DNA of 56,142 nucleotides, counting the filler, from an uncultured bacterium (GTDB taxonomy: Bacteria; AUK180): the NCBI GenBank assembly GCA_937863565.1. It is 4 parts of 4 records of this genome, joined end to end, with 100 filler letters (N's around TTAATTAATTAA, not from the genome) between each part and the next. Parts side by side here need not be neighbours in the genome. Positions count along the whole stretch, not along the records: positions 1 to 10,579 come from CALMGJ010000024.1; positions 10,680 to 23,112 come from CALMGJ010000028.1; 2 more parts are not named here. One strand, written 5' to 3'. A model generated the notes under the pieces. It saw only the letters and a list, made by a program, of their open reading frames with translations. It was not told the DNA's origin and did no database searches. Each line of letters starts with the position of its first letter. Position 1 is the first letter of the stretch. A program made the position numbers and the translations under genes. Below are positions 9,053 through 18,150 of the stretch, piece after piece.

Positions 9053-9172
9053 GAAGTATGAGGGGTCTATGGTTTTGCGAGGAGAAAGGCCGTTTGATTA
9101 AATTGATTGAAGAAAGGAGGGGTAAATAGAAAGCCTTTCTCACCATACACTTTTTTATTAATTCAAAGAACA
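8996..9172 (-). ncRNA. Candidate sigma54-dependent sRNA with two anti-Shine-Dalgarno (CCCCUCCUUUC) motifs
   Basis: Flanked by a sigma54-like promoter and a terminator; two stem-loops each enclose UA(C/U)UUACCCC(C)UCCUUUC; no convincing ORF. Confidence 0.55.
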
Positions 9173-9182
9173 TATCTATTAC

Positions 9183-9198
9183 ATCAAGAATTGTGCCA
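9183..9198 (-). promoter_or_regulatory. sigma54 (-24/-12) promoter-like element
   Basis: Minus strand TGGCAC-AATTC-TTGAT against consensus TGGCAC-N5-TTGCW; correct spacing, C-to-A at -12. Confidence 0.6.
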
Positions 9199-9225
9199 AA
9201 TCTTGTTCGCCCTATAATAAAGGCT

Positions 9226-10578
9226 TTATGGAGAACGCTCACTTTTAGTATGTTGACTTTTTTTCAACTTAGTGGAATATTGTTCCGTTAATCTGTATTT
9301 CTTAACAATTTTATAGAAATAAGAACGTTCGATCCCGGAGATCTCAATGATCTTCGGCACATCCCACCCGTATTTATTTAAAAGATTCATAAAATACTCT
9401 TTTATTATTTCCTCTTTCCAGTAATCGATCACCTTTTTCAAGGGCTGTTCGATGTTCACGGACAGGTTGCCCGGTCTTTCCTCCTCCAATACTTCAGCTC
9501 TTCTCGGCGGTAGAAGGATATTGCCTTCCTGGATCACATTGTTGCTGCATACGATAACGGCTTTTTCTATGATATGCTCCAATTCCCTGATATTCCCAGG
9601 ATAATCGTAAGACATCAGTTTGAGCGATGCTTTTTCTGATATCTCCGGCACATTCTTCGAATATTGCACTGCATATTTCTGCATGAAATAATACGAAAGA
9701 GGAATGATGTCGGGCCGTCTTTCCCTCAGAGGAGGGAGATCGATATGGAATACGTTCAAGCGGTAGAAGAGGTCCTTTCTGAAGGTTTTTTTGGCAACGA
9801 GGCCGTTAAGGTCCTGATTTGTCGCAGCGATCAATCTGAAGTCGATATCTACGCTCTTCGTGCTTCCGAGCCTGCGTATCTTTTTCTCTTCAAGGACCCT
9901 GAGAAGCTTCGCTTGAAGATCATAAGGCATATCCCCTATCTCATCAAGGAACAAAGTTCCGTTCTGAGACAATTCGAAAAGACCGGACTTAGCGTTCACA
10001 GCACCCGTAAAAGCGCCTTTTTCATAACCGAACAACTCGCTCTCCAATAATTCCCTCGGTATAGACGAGCAGTTTATAGCGAGGAATTTTTCTTTGTCTA
10101 CATTTGAGGAATCATGGATCAGCCGGGCGAACAGTTCTTTGCCGGTACCGGTCTCTCCGGTAATAAGCACCGTTACTTTCGTCTTTGCCAGCTCGGCAAT
10201 ATCTTTAAAAATCGTTCTGATATAGGGAGTAGTGCCGATGATCCCGTTGAAGGCATGTTCGATATCTGAAAGGGAGGACAGCGTTTTTACTTCCTTTTTC
10301 AGAATGATATTGAATTTGATCTTCTCCAACGCCACTTTGAGATCGTCCAACTCCATAGGTTTGAATATAACTTCAGCGGCTCCGCGGCGGATTGCTTCCA
10401 GTTCGATCTGCGCTCCCCTCTCTGCCGTGATCAGTATTGAAGAGATCATGAACTCGGTGGAAAATTTTTCCACAATTTCCAGACCATTGCCGTTCGGAAG
10501 ATTTTTATCTATGATCGCGATATCGATCTTATTCCTGTTCGCGGAATCGATCGCTTCTTTGTTATTTCTGGCTTGAAC
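9226..10578 (-). CDS. NtrC-family sigma54-dependent response regulator (REC-AAA+-HTH), 5'-truncated at the contig end
   Basis: Frame extends to the gap (VQARNNKEAID...IAIIDKNLPNGNGLEIV, receiver Asp); GETGTGKE; GAFTGA; LFLDEIG; FRKDLFYRL; YPGNIRELE; C-terminal HTH. Confidence 0.93.
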   Translation of the reverse strand, partial: VQARNNKEAIDSANRNKIDIAIIDKNLPNGNGLEIVEKFSTEFMISSILITAERGAQIELEAIRRGAAEVIFKPMELDDLKVALEKIKFNIILKKEVKTLSSLSDIEHAFNGIIGTTPYIRTIFKDIAELAKTKVTVLITGETGTGKELFARLIHDSSNVDKEKFLAINCSSIPRELLESELFGYEKGAFTGAVNAKSGLFELSQNGTLFLDEIGDMPYDLQAKLLRVLEEKKIRRLGSTKSVDIDFRLIAATNQDLNGLVAKKTFRKDLFYRLNVFHIDLPPLRERRPDIIPLSYYFMQKYAVQYSKNVPEISEKASLKLMSYDYPGNIRELEHIIEKAVIVCSNNVIQEGNILLPPRRAEVLEEERPGNLSVNIEQPLKKVIDYWKEEIIKEYFMNLLNKYGWDVPKIIEISGIERSYFYKIVKKYRLTEQYSTKLKKSQHTKSERSP

Positions 10579-10579
10579 A

Positions 10580-10679
10580 NNNNNNNNNNNNNNNNNNNNN
10601 NNNNNNNNNNNNNNNNNNNNNNNTTAATTAATTAANNNNNNNNNNNNNNNNNNNNNNNNNNNNNNNNNNNNNNNNNNNN
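10580..10679. other. Artificial contig-join spacer
   Basis: N-run with embedded TTAATTAATTAA (stops in all six frames). Confidence 0.97.
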
Positions 10680-11433
10680 CCTCGGCAAGAAGCTTTTTAT
10701 TCGCAAGGTCTTTGCTCCTTTCATCGAGGAGTTTATGAACTGCCAGACGCACATCCGGGGACATTGCCAGAACTTTATCGAAATCCGCCTTGTACATCTT
10801 GAAAGCCACCGTTTCTTCAACTGCCCTTACGGTCGCGGAACGAAGAGCACCCGTGACCATAGACATCTCGCCGAAGACCTTCCCCTCCGAAAGGTCGGAT
10901 ACATGCTCCCCTCCCCTGGTCACGCTCACTTTTCCTGTATCTATCATATAAAGGGAGTCTCCCGGGCTCTGCTCTTCGAAGATCACTTCAGCAGGAGCGA
11001 ACCTTACTTCGTATACGGAGGGTACGATCCTGGCTATCTCCTCAGGAGGAAGAGCAGAAAGGATATCGGATCTTGAGAGATGTTCTATGATCTCTTTCGC
11101 CCTTTTCCTTTTGAAAGCGGAAACGAAACGGTTCACTGTGGTCGTTTTCCTGAAGAAAGCGCCGATCTTGTCCAATCCGTGGCTCAGGATTTCATAAAGA
11201 AGGCCTCCGGCCACTGCGCCCAAAGCTACCGGCCAGAAACCGGCTACATGGAAGGAATGGGCTATTATCTCTATGGTTAGAGCGAAAAGGAGCGCACCTC
11301 CTCCGAAGGCCATGAAGGCGGAGGTCACTTTCACGCCGGGCTTTACGGTAAGCCCTAAAAGAGAGCCGAGAGGAAGAGACAAAGCCGCAAAAAAACCGAT
11401 AAAAGCTGCAAATATGGCCAAACTACCCGACAT
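10680..11433 (-). CDS. ZIP-family metal transporter-like TM region fused to a cyclic nucleotide-binding domain (3'-truncated)
   Basis: SLPLGSLLG...MAFGGGALLFALTIEII (ZIP TM1-3-like), then IFEEQSPGDSLYMIDTGKVSV...GKVFGEMSMVTGALRSATVRA (cNMP-binding); GGAGG RBS. Confidence 0.75.
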
Positions 11434-11522
11434 GAAACCCTCCTATCCTGCTGATCGCTGATCTTTTTCAGCGCCCAGGGCACTCTACCCGCGGATCCCG
11501 GAAATGCCGCCGCGTCCTTCTT

Positions 11523-12074
11523 CTATTTCCAGTTTATCTTGATATTTCTGATCGTTCTCCCGCTTTCTTTACTTTCCATTACCTGTACATCGACAGATTT
11601 ACCGCCGCTTATCTCGATAGCTCTTGTGATCCAGCCCCGTATCCTCTCGGCGATATAAGGGTTCCAGTTCTCGAATTCCGATATCCTGAGATCGGCATGA
11701 TCGGATTCGAGCTTTACGAGCTCCATCTCTGAAGGATTATAGTATGTCGGCAGTATCCTGCCGGCCTTCTTGATGATAAAGGAAGGCGAACCGATCTTCA
11801 CGAAGACTTTGTAAATGCCTTTAAGCGAATAATCCGCGCTGAAAACCCCGCAATCATATGCTCCTATCAATGAACCACCGTGGAAGATATCGCAGATCTT
11901 CCTCGTGGGTTCTATCAGGGCATGGTCCATAAGATACCATTGCGCCGCAAGAGGATTCTTCATTATATATTTCGATTCTTCGCTCAATGCATTGAACCAT
12001 TCATTGTAACGGGAAGGGAACTTCCCCTTGACATACTGAGGCAAGGTTACGACCGCGATACCTTTTACTTCCAT
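11523..12074 (-). CDS. Hypothetical protein, DUF2378/V4R-like small-ligand-binding family
   Basis: Start reassigned to MEVKG (AAGGAGG RBS); VKG..., AQWY, GIYKVFVKIGSPSFII, GWITRAIEISGGKSV pattern. Confidence 0.55.
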   Translation of the reverse strand: MEVKGIAVVTLPQYVKGKFPSRYNEWFNALSEESKYIMKNPLAAQWYLMDHALIEPTRKICDIFHGGSLIGAYDCGVFSADYSLKGIYKVFVKIGSPSFIIKKAGRILPTYYNPSEMELVKLESDHADLRISEFENWNPYIAERIRGWITRAIEISGGKSVDVQVMESKESGRTIRNIKINWK

Positions 12075-12084
12075 ATGACCTCCT

Positions 12085-13107
12085 TTATTTGTTGTTATAG
12101 ATATTGCGGAATATCTCCGCATCTTCGCCGTTGAATTCGATATTCCGTCTTTTTAAAACGGTTATTGCCGTTTCCATAGCCTTTTCCAGATCGTACACGA
12201 TCCCCTTTTCCGGGCCGCCCCAATAGAACGAGGGATATTCCTTTCTGAAAAATCCGCCGCCGAACAAGTTAGACGAGAATCCGATCACTGTTCCGCTGTT
12301 CAGAAGGGTCCCTATCCCCAGTTTGGAATGGTCGCCGCAGAATGTGCCTATCTTGCTCGAGCCCGTTCCCGCCGTCTTTCCCCGTTGGATCACATTGATC
12401 TGTCCGTAGGTATTCTTAAGGTCGGATGTCGTTGTCAAGGCACCGAGATTCGTGAAAGAACCGAAGATCGAATGCCCAACGAAACCTTCATGATATTTAT
12501 TGCAGTACGGGTATAGGATCGATTGCTCGATCTCCCCGCCCGCTCTGGAATCGTTGAAGACGGACGAACCGCTTCTTATCTTTGCACCCAGTATCTGGGC
12601 GTTCTCTCCGATATACGACGGCCCCTCTATCCTCGAGAACGCATTGACTTTGGCACTTTTATCGATATATACGGGACCATTCTTGATATCTATGAACACA
12701 TGCTCTTCTATCTTCGCTCCTTCGGCGGCAAAGTATCCGGTGACTCCGAGGTGTTCGAAATCTTCCTTCAGCATGCGCGGATTCTCACTCATCATTTCCC
12801 AGATGCCTCTGAACACGAGAGGAATTCCGGAGCGGATCTTTTTGCTTCCGTCACCGGCGACAGCGAACAAGGTCCCGTTGCTGTCGTGCACGGCCGCATT
12901 ATGTTCTAGACACGAAAGGGTTTCAAGCGCTTTAAACCCCATAAAAAGTGAATTCACGCGGATATCCTTTATCTCGGGATGCTCCCGGCTGAAAAGTTCC
13001 GCCCTTTTATGATTATTCATCATTCCGTAATAGAGTTCGGAAAGAGGCCTTGAAAGCGCCAAAGGATAGAACTGTTCAACACCGCTCAGGTCATATAAGA
13101 TCATCAT
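12085..13107 (-). CDS. Putative sugar nucleotidyltransferase / GlmU-like hexapeptide-repeat protein
   Basis: FYPLALSRPLSEL; GPVYI; GGEIEQSI...NKYHEGFVGHS; NLGALTTTSDLKNTYG; GDHSKLGIGTLLNSGTVIG. Confidence 0.75.
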   Translation of the reverse strand: MMILYDLSGVEQFYPLALSRPLSELYYGMMNNHKRAELFSREHPEIKDIRVNSLFMGFKALETLSCLEHNAAVHDSNGTLFAVAGDGSKKIRSGIPLVFRGIWEMMSENPRMLKEDFEHLGVTGYFAAEGAKIEEHVFIDIKNGPVYIDKSAKVNAFSRIEGPSYIGENAQILGAKIRSGSSVFNDSRAGGEIEQSILYPYCNKYHEGFVGHSIFGSFTNLGALTTTSDLKNTYGQINVIQRGKTAGTGSSKIGTFCGDHSKLGIGTLLNSGTVIGFSSNLFGGGFFRKEYPSFYWGGPEKGIVYDLEKAMETAITVLKRRNIEFNGEDAEIFRNIYNNK

Positions 13108-13726
13108 AATGAAGATACTCCTTTAAAACGGGATTATTCTTAAGTTCGGTCTCAAGATCGGTTTCACTCATATGCCCGGGCCTTATCCGGCATTCCGGGC
13201 CGAACTTCGCTGCAAAGCCCCTCAGGCTTTTTGCCATCTCATATTCATCGCCGCCGAAAAGATCGGTCCGCCCTATTGAATTTTTAAAAAGAAGGTCGCC
13301 GCAGAAGAGATCTTCTCCCGCCTTGTACACAAGCGAACCCGGCGTATGTCCCGGAAAAAGGAAGTATTCGATCCTCTCTCCGTATAACTCCAAAACGCCG
13401 GAACGTGAGCCCAAAAGACGCGGACGGGCGATATCGATCTCATCTGTGTTCAGAAATGTTGCCAATGTTCCTCCCATCTTGAAGAAATCAAATTCATCCT
13501 TCGAAAGATACACTTCCGCTCCGAGGTCCTTCTCAAGCTCAGGTACGCCGGCAGAATGGTCGATATGGCAATGCGTGAGAAGCACGGACATCTTCGAGAA
13601 TTTTTCTCGGGCAAGTTTTTTCCTTATCCCGATCTCACCGGGGTCGATCACGATCAACCCATCTCCGCAATGCAGCAGATAACAATTCGTACCCGCATCC
13701 CCTACGGCGAACCTTTTAATTTCCAT
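13091..13726 (-). CDS. MBL-fold metallo-hydrolase (glyoxalase II-like)
   Basis: TNCY; IDPG; THCHIDH; PGHTPGS; GDLLF..SIGRTD; PGH. Confidence 0.9.
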   Translation of the reverse strand: MEIKRFAVGDAGTNCYLLHCGDGLIVIDPGEIGIRKKLAREKFSKMSVLLTHCHIDHSAGVPELEKDLGAEVYLSKDEFDFFKMGGTLATFLNTDEIDIARPRLLGSRSGVLELYGERIEYFLFPGHTPGSLVYKAGEDLFCGDLLFKNSIGRTDLFGGDEYEMAKSLRGFAAKFGPECRIRPGHMSETDLETELKNNPVLKEYLHYDDLI

Positions 13727-14672
13727 TTTTTAAAAGCAGATATCCTCCGTAAAGCGCAGCATCGCTTAAAAACCTTGCTCTTACTATCTTCACATCGTCC
13801 AGAAAAGCACGGGTCACATTCTTTTTCAGATATTCCTTGGCAGATGGCAGGATGAATCTGAGGGCTTTTCCCACTCCGCCGCCGAGGGCGATCACATCGG
13901 GATTGAATGTATTAATGAGCGTTTTTAGACCTGAGCCGAGATAAAGGCCCGTTTCCCGAAAGAATTCCAGGGCCATTTTATCCCCCTTGACCGCTTTTCC
14001 GTAAAGGCCCTTGGGCGTCCTTTCCGGAAGCGAGTCCACAAAAAACCTCCATTTTGCAGAATGCTCATGAAGCTTCTTCAGCCGTTTTCCTATCCCGTAA
14101 GCTGAGACGTAACTTTCCAGGCAGCCCTTGCTGCCGCAGCCGCAAGGCAAACCGTTAGGTTCGATATTTATATGGCCGAACTCGCAGGCAAAACCCGACT
14201 TCCCGCGAAGGATACGGCTGTCCTCGATATAAACTCCCCCCAGGCCTGTTCCGATGAAAAGGATGACGGCATTATTGAATTTTCCTTTGAGTTCTCTTTC
14301 GAATTCACCGAGCCCGGCAAGGTTCACATCGTTCTCAAAGATGCATTCCGTGCCAAGCAATCCCGTGAAATACTTTTTAAAGTTGACATTCTTCCAGCCT
14401 TTGAAATTTGCCGAATAGAGCATGATCCCCTTCTTCGTATCAAGAGGACCGGGCGAACCCATGCAGAAACCTTCGATATCTTTTATGCTTGAACCTTTCT
14501 TCTCAAGCATACCGAGGATCAGGGACCCTGCCCTTCTCAGAAAATCATCGGGACCGGAAACGGGGACGGTCGCCATGGCCTTTTTCCCGATCATCGAACC
14601 CTCACGGTCGAACATGGCTGCAACGGTGTTTGTACCTCCAAGGTCAAGAACTAAGCTGTATTTCTTTTTCAT
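13716..14672 (-). CDS. ROK family sugar kinase (glucokinase-like)
   Basis: DLGGT; ENDVNLAGLGE; GTGLGG; EFGH...CGCGSKGCLE; GGGV. Confidence 0.9.
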   Translation of the reverse strand: MKKKYSLVLDLGGTNTVAAMFDREGSMIGKKAMATVPVSGPDDFLRRAGSLILGMLEKKGSSIKDIEGFCMGSPGPLDTKKGIMLYSANFKGWKNVNFKKYFTGLLGTECIFENDVNLAGLGEFERELKGKFNNAVILFIGTGLGGVYIEDSRILRGKSGFACEFGHINIEPNGLPCGCGSKGCLESYVSAYGIGKRLKKLHEHSAKWRFFVDSLPERTPKGLYGKAVKGDKMALEFFRETGLYLGSGLKTLINTFNPDVIALGGGVGKALRFILPSAKEYLKKNVTRAFLDDVKIVRARFLSDAALYGGYLLLKNGN

Positions 14673-16186
14673 ATGCGTCTGTCCAGTATCCTGTAGTTCA
14701 GGGCTTCGGTAAGATGATTGGCCTTGATCGTCCCGTTCCTGTCCATATCCGCTATTGTCCGGGCGATCTTCAGTATCTTTTTATAGCTCCGCGCGGAAAG
14801 GCTGTACATCTTCATCGCCTTTGCCAGAATATCGCGTGAACCCTGATCAATGGCGCAGTAACTTTCGATCTTTTTATCCGCTATCTTGCTGTTCAAGGAG
14901 AACTTATCTTGCTTATAGCGTTCATATTGTATCTTCCTCGTTTCCTCTATCCTTTCCCGGATCGTCGCCGATGATTCGCCTGCTCCCTTGTTCTGCAGGT
15001 CCTCCACGGGTACCGGCCTGACCTCTACATGAATGTCTATCCTGTCCATGATAGGGCCCGATATCCTTCTTCTGTAATGATCGATATCCTTGACCGAGCA
15101 TGTGCATTCATGCGTAGGATCATTATAGTATCCGCAAGGGCAGGGGTTCATCGCCGCGATGAGTATGAACTCTGCAGGGAATGTGACGGATGTTCTTGCG
15201 CGGGATATCGTTATCGTACCGTTCTCAAGAGGTTCCCTCAAGCCCTCAATGGAATTTTTAAGAAATTCCGGGAACTCGTCCAGGAACAATACCCCTCTGT
15301 GCGACAGTGATATCTCGCCCGGCTTGGGATATTGGCCGCCGCCAAGAAGACCGATCTTGGATATCGAGCTGTGCGGATTGCGGAAAGGCCGGGTGAAAAC
15401 GATCTCATTATTGACAAGCCCGGAAACGGAATGGATGCGGGTGACTTCAATAGCTTCACTCATTGTCATCCTCGGCATGATCGTAAGGATCCTTTTCGCC
15501 ATCATGCTCTTGCCGGCGCCCGGAGGACCCGCCATCAGAATATTATGACCGCCTGAAATGGCTATCTCGAGAGCGCGCTTGACGAGATACTGGCCCTTCA
15601 CATCGGCAAAATCTATATCGTAGCTATTCAATCTCCCGTTGTAGTCAGCGTATTCCACCTTAACCGGGACCATTTCGAGGTCCCCCTTGAGGAATTTCAC
15701 AACGTCAAAAAGCGAATCGAACCCGAAGACGGAAACCCCCTCCACTACTGCGCATTCTTTTGCATTGGCGGAAGGAACCGCGATGCCGTCCATACCGAGC
15801 GCTTTCGCTAAAAGCGCAATGGAGATCCCGCCAGAGATCTTTCTCAGTTCGCCGTTCAAAGAGAGTTCTCCGGCAAAAAGGAATTTCCTGTCCGGCGCTT
15901 TCAGCACTCCCTGTTCGATGAGGATGCCGAGGGAAATCGGCAGGTCATATGAGGAGCCTTCCTTTCTGATATCGGCCGGTGCCATATTGACGATGATCCT
16001 TTTGATCGGGAATTCGAATCCGCTGCTCTGGATGGCGGTACGCACTCTTTCCTTGCTTTCTTTTACCGCATTATCGGGAAGGCCAACGATATTGAAACTA
16101 GTAAGCCCTCCTGAGATATCGACCTCTATCTCAACACATCTTGAATCAAGACCTTCTATCGAGGAGGAGAAGAGTTTTGTCACCAT
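14669..16186 (-). CDS. comM: YifB/ComM Mg-chelatase-like AAA+ ATPase
   Basis: IVGLPDNAVKESKERVR; GPPGAGKSM; RPFRNPH; GEISLSHRGVLFLDE; AAMNPCPCG. Confidence 0.93.
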   Translation of the reverse strand: MVTKLFSSSIEGLDSRCVEIEVDISGGLTSFNIVGLPDNAVKESKERVRTAIQSSGFEFPIKRIIVNMAPADIRKEGSSYDLPISLGILIEQGVLKAPDRKFLFAGELSLNGELRKISGGISIALLAKALGMDGIAVPSANAKECAVVEGVSVFGFDSLFDVVKFLKGDLEMVPVKVEYADYNGRLNSYDIDFADVKGQYLVKRALEIAISGGHNILMAGPPGAGKSMMAKRILTIMPRMTMSEAIEVTRIHSVSGLVNNEIVFTRPFRNPHSSISKIGLLGGGQYPKPGEISLSHRGVLFLDEFPEFLKNSIEGLREPLENGTITISRARTSVTFPAEFILIAAMNPCPCGYYNDPTHECTCSVKDIDHYRRRISGPIMDRIDIHVEVRPVPVEDLQNKGAGESSATIRERIEETRKIQYERYKQDKFSLNSKIADKKIESYCAIDQGSRDILAKAMKMYSLSARSYKKILKIARTIADMDRNGTIKANHLTEALNYRILDRRI

Positions 16187-16527
16187 TGGAAGAACCCCTT
16201 TGTAAAGGTCAGCCTGTCATCGGTGATCGCTATCACTCCGAGAATAATGGCGCAATTCCCCGTGTCGTGGGTGCCCATATAGTACTTAGCAGCGCTTTTG
16301 ATCCTTGAAACCTTGTTCCTTGTCACGAATTCCTCCGGTTCGCCGTATTCGGTCCCATGCCTGAACTTCACTTCGATGAAGCAGATATCATCGCCTTTTC
16401 TTGCGATAATATCGACCTCATTGCGGCCGAAAGTGAAATTCCTTTCCAGAATCTCCCATCCGTGCTGCCGGAGATAATCGGCGGCCATCCCCTCTTTTTT
16501 ATTCCCTGTGGCCCTCTTATCTTTCAA
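16180..16527 (-). CDS. yraN: YraN family nuclease (UPF0102)
   Basis: G..KE..AADYL...G.EILERN....NEVDIIA......FIEVK.R; next to comM and rnhB. Confidence 0.9.
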   Translation of the reverse strand: MKDKRATGNKKEGMAADYLRQHGWEILERNFTFGRNEVDIIARKGDDICFIEVKFRHGTEYGEPEEFVTRNKVSRIKSAAKYYMGTHDTGNCAIILGVIAITDDRLTFTKGFFQW

Positions 16528-17158
16528 AGAGGTCCTCCATAAGATATTCCGAAACGGGTCTGAAGCTCTTCCTGTGCACAGGGCACGGCCCTAACTTCTT
16601 CAGGGCTTCGAAATGCTCCCGGGTGCCGTAACCCATATTATGAGCGAACCCGTATCCCGGATAAAGGCCGTCATAGTATACCATGATCCTGTCCCGTATC
16701 ACCTTGGCCACGATCGAGGCCGCAGAAACCGAGTACACCAGGCGGTCGCCCTTAATGACCGAGATCTGGGGGATTTCGAGGCCCTTCACTTTTAAGGCGT
16801 CGAGTATAAGATGGTCAGGCTTCACTTTAAGAAGCTTCACGCTTTTCACTACCGATCTTTTCGTAGCGTTCAGTATATTCTCCCTGTCGATCTCTTCATT
16901 GACAGAGATCCCTACCGAGAAGGCTTCCGCGCGATGACGGATCATTGTGAACAGTTCCTCGCGTTTTTTCGGAGTGAGCAACTTCGAATCATTCACTCCC
17001 GGGATCCTTTCCGAGATGATCACGGCGCCGACAACGACGGGGCCGGCAAGCGCGCCCCTGCCTGCCTCATCGATGCCGCAGATATGTTTGTATCCGCTCT
17101 CCCGGAGCGTCTCTTCAAGTTTTGAAGGGTCATCACCGGAGAACATGCCCGGCTTCAT
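16517..17158 (-). CDS. rnhB: Ribonuclease HII
   Basis: GIDEAGRGALAGPVV; DSKLL; KGD....SVSAASIVAKV.RD; GYGT.EH; HRKSF. Confidence 0.95.
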   Translation of the reverse strand: MKPGMFSGDDPSKLEETLRESGYKHICGIDEAGRGALAGPVVVGAVIISERIPGVNDSKLLTPKKREELFTMIRHRAEAFSVGISVNEEIDRENILNATKRSVVKSVKLLKVKPDHLILDALKVKGLEIPQISVIKGDRLVYSVSAASIVAKVIRDRIMVYYDGLYPGYGFAHNMGYGTREHFEALKKLGPCPVHRKSFRPVSEYLMEDLFER

Positions 17159-17162
17159 ATCC

Positions 17163-17576
17163 TTATTCTGTGCCGGCTTTTATTTTGGCCGCTTTGCCCT
17201 TTCTTCCTCTGAGGTAATAGAGCTTCGATCTTCTAACCACTCCCTTTTTAATGATCTCGACCTTCTTAACGGTCGGGCCGTGAAGAGGGAAGGTCCTTTC
17301 GATCCCTACGTCCATCGAAACCCTTCTTACTGTGAAGGTCCCTTCGCAACTTTCGCCGGATCTTTTGATCACGACGCCCTGGAAGGCCTGCTGGCGCACC
17401 TTGGTCTCTTTCCCGGAATCTTTCTTCTTATCCTTTTTTTCCTTGCCGGTGCCTCCAGTCTCTACGACGGTGACCCACACTTTCACGGTATCTCCCACCG
17501 AAAAATCGGCAATGCTTTTGTCCTTCTTCGCTTCCTGCGAATAGTGTTCCTTTATTTCCTTAAGCACGTCTTTCAT
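17163..17576 (-). CDS. rplS: 50S ribosomal protein L19
   Basis: FSVGDTVKV; QAFQGVVI; TFTVRRVS..VGIERTFPLH; VRRSKLYYLR. Confidence 0.95.
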   Translation of the reverse strand: MKDVLKEIKEHYSQEAKKDKSIADFSVGDTVKVWVTVVETGGTGKEKKDKKKDSGKETKVRQQAFQGVVIKRSGESCEGTFTVRRVSMDVGIERTFPLHGPTVKKVEIIKKGVVRRSKLYYLRGRKGKAAKIKAGTE

Positions 17577-18150
17577 CTTTTTCCTCCTGTAATAATCTGT
17601 CTAATATAATAGATGCTGCGCTTCTAACCGATAGATGATTAAAGCCCGTAGTGCCTCTTACGGCGTCGAGCGTATAATCCGATTCCATCATTATCTCGTC
17701 GGGAATGCCCCATCCCGTTCCGAGAAGTATGAGATAAATTCCGTTCTCGCCGAATATCTTCTGTCTCAGCGTTTCGAAACTTATGCTGTTTGCGAACCTT
17801 TTTGCCGAAGTCGTAACGAGCTTCGGCTCCCGTTTTTCATTCTTTTTTATATCCCTGATTACATCCTCGAGATCGGATACTGCGGAAAGGATGGAAAGGG
17901 CTTTCTTCCTATTCCTGTTGTATATGCTCCCGAACCCTTCGTTCCAGTATTCGATGATCCGTCCGATAAGCTTCTTTTGAGCTGTTACAGGATTGACCAC
18001 GTAATACCTTTTCACTCCGTAGGTCGCTGCGCACCTTGCGATATCGTGCACTGAAAGGGGCGTAATGGATGTCGATACGATCTTTTTCTCCTTGTTCAGC
18101 GAAGGGTAATTTAAAAGAGCGAGGTAAACGGAAGATCTCGGTCTTTTCAT
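17560..18150 (-). CDS. SPOUT-family RNA methyltransferase (Methyltrn_RNA_4-like)
   Basis: YLALL.YP; HDIAR..ATYGV..YYVV; GTGWG; FNHLSVRSAASIILDRL; directly after trmD; start taken at MKRPR (18150). Confidence 0.85.
   Translation of the reverse strand: MKRPRSSVYLALLNYPSLNKEKKIVSTSITPLSVHDIARCAATYGVKRYYVVNPVTAQKKLIGRIIEYWNEGFGSIYNRNRKKALSILSAVSDLEDVIRDIKKNEKREPKLVTTSAKRFANSISFETLRQKIFGENGIYLILLGTGWGIPDEIMMESDYTLDAVRGTTGFNHLSVRSAASIILDRLLQEEKDERRA

Noticed and set aside
9011-9141. Plus-strand CsrB/RsmZ-like GGA-loop RNA
   Set aside because: The U-tract and the sigma54 element both point to minus-strand transcription and there are few GGA motifs; kept only as a fallback interpretation
8979-9242. 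87-aa minus-strand ORF over the candidate sRNA
   Set aside because: No RBS or recognisable motifs, overlaps both neighbours and crosses a promoter-like element and a terminator
14669-17158. rnhB-yraN-comM linkage as a novel system
   Set aside because: Widely conserved, already described gene order downstream of rplS
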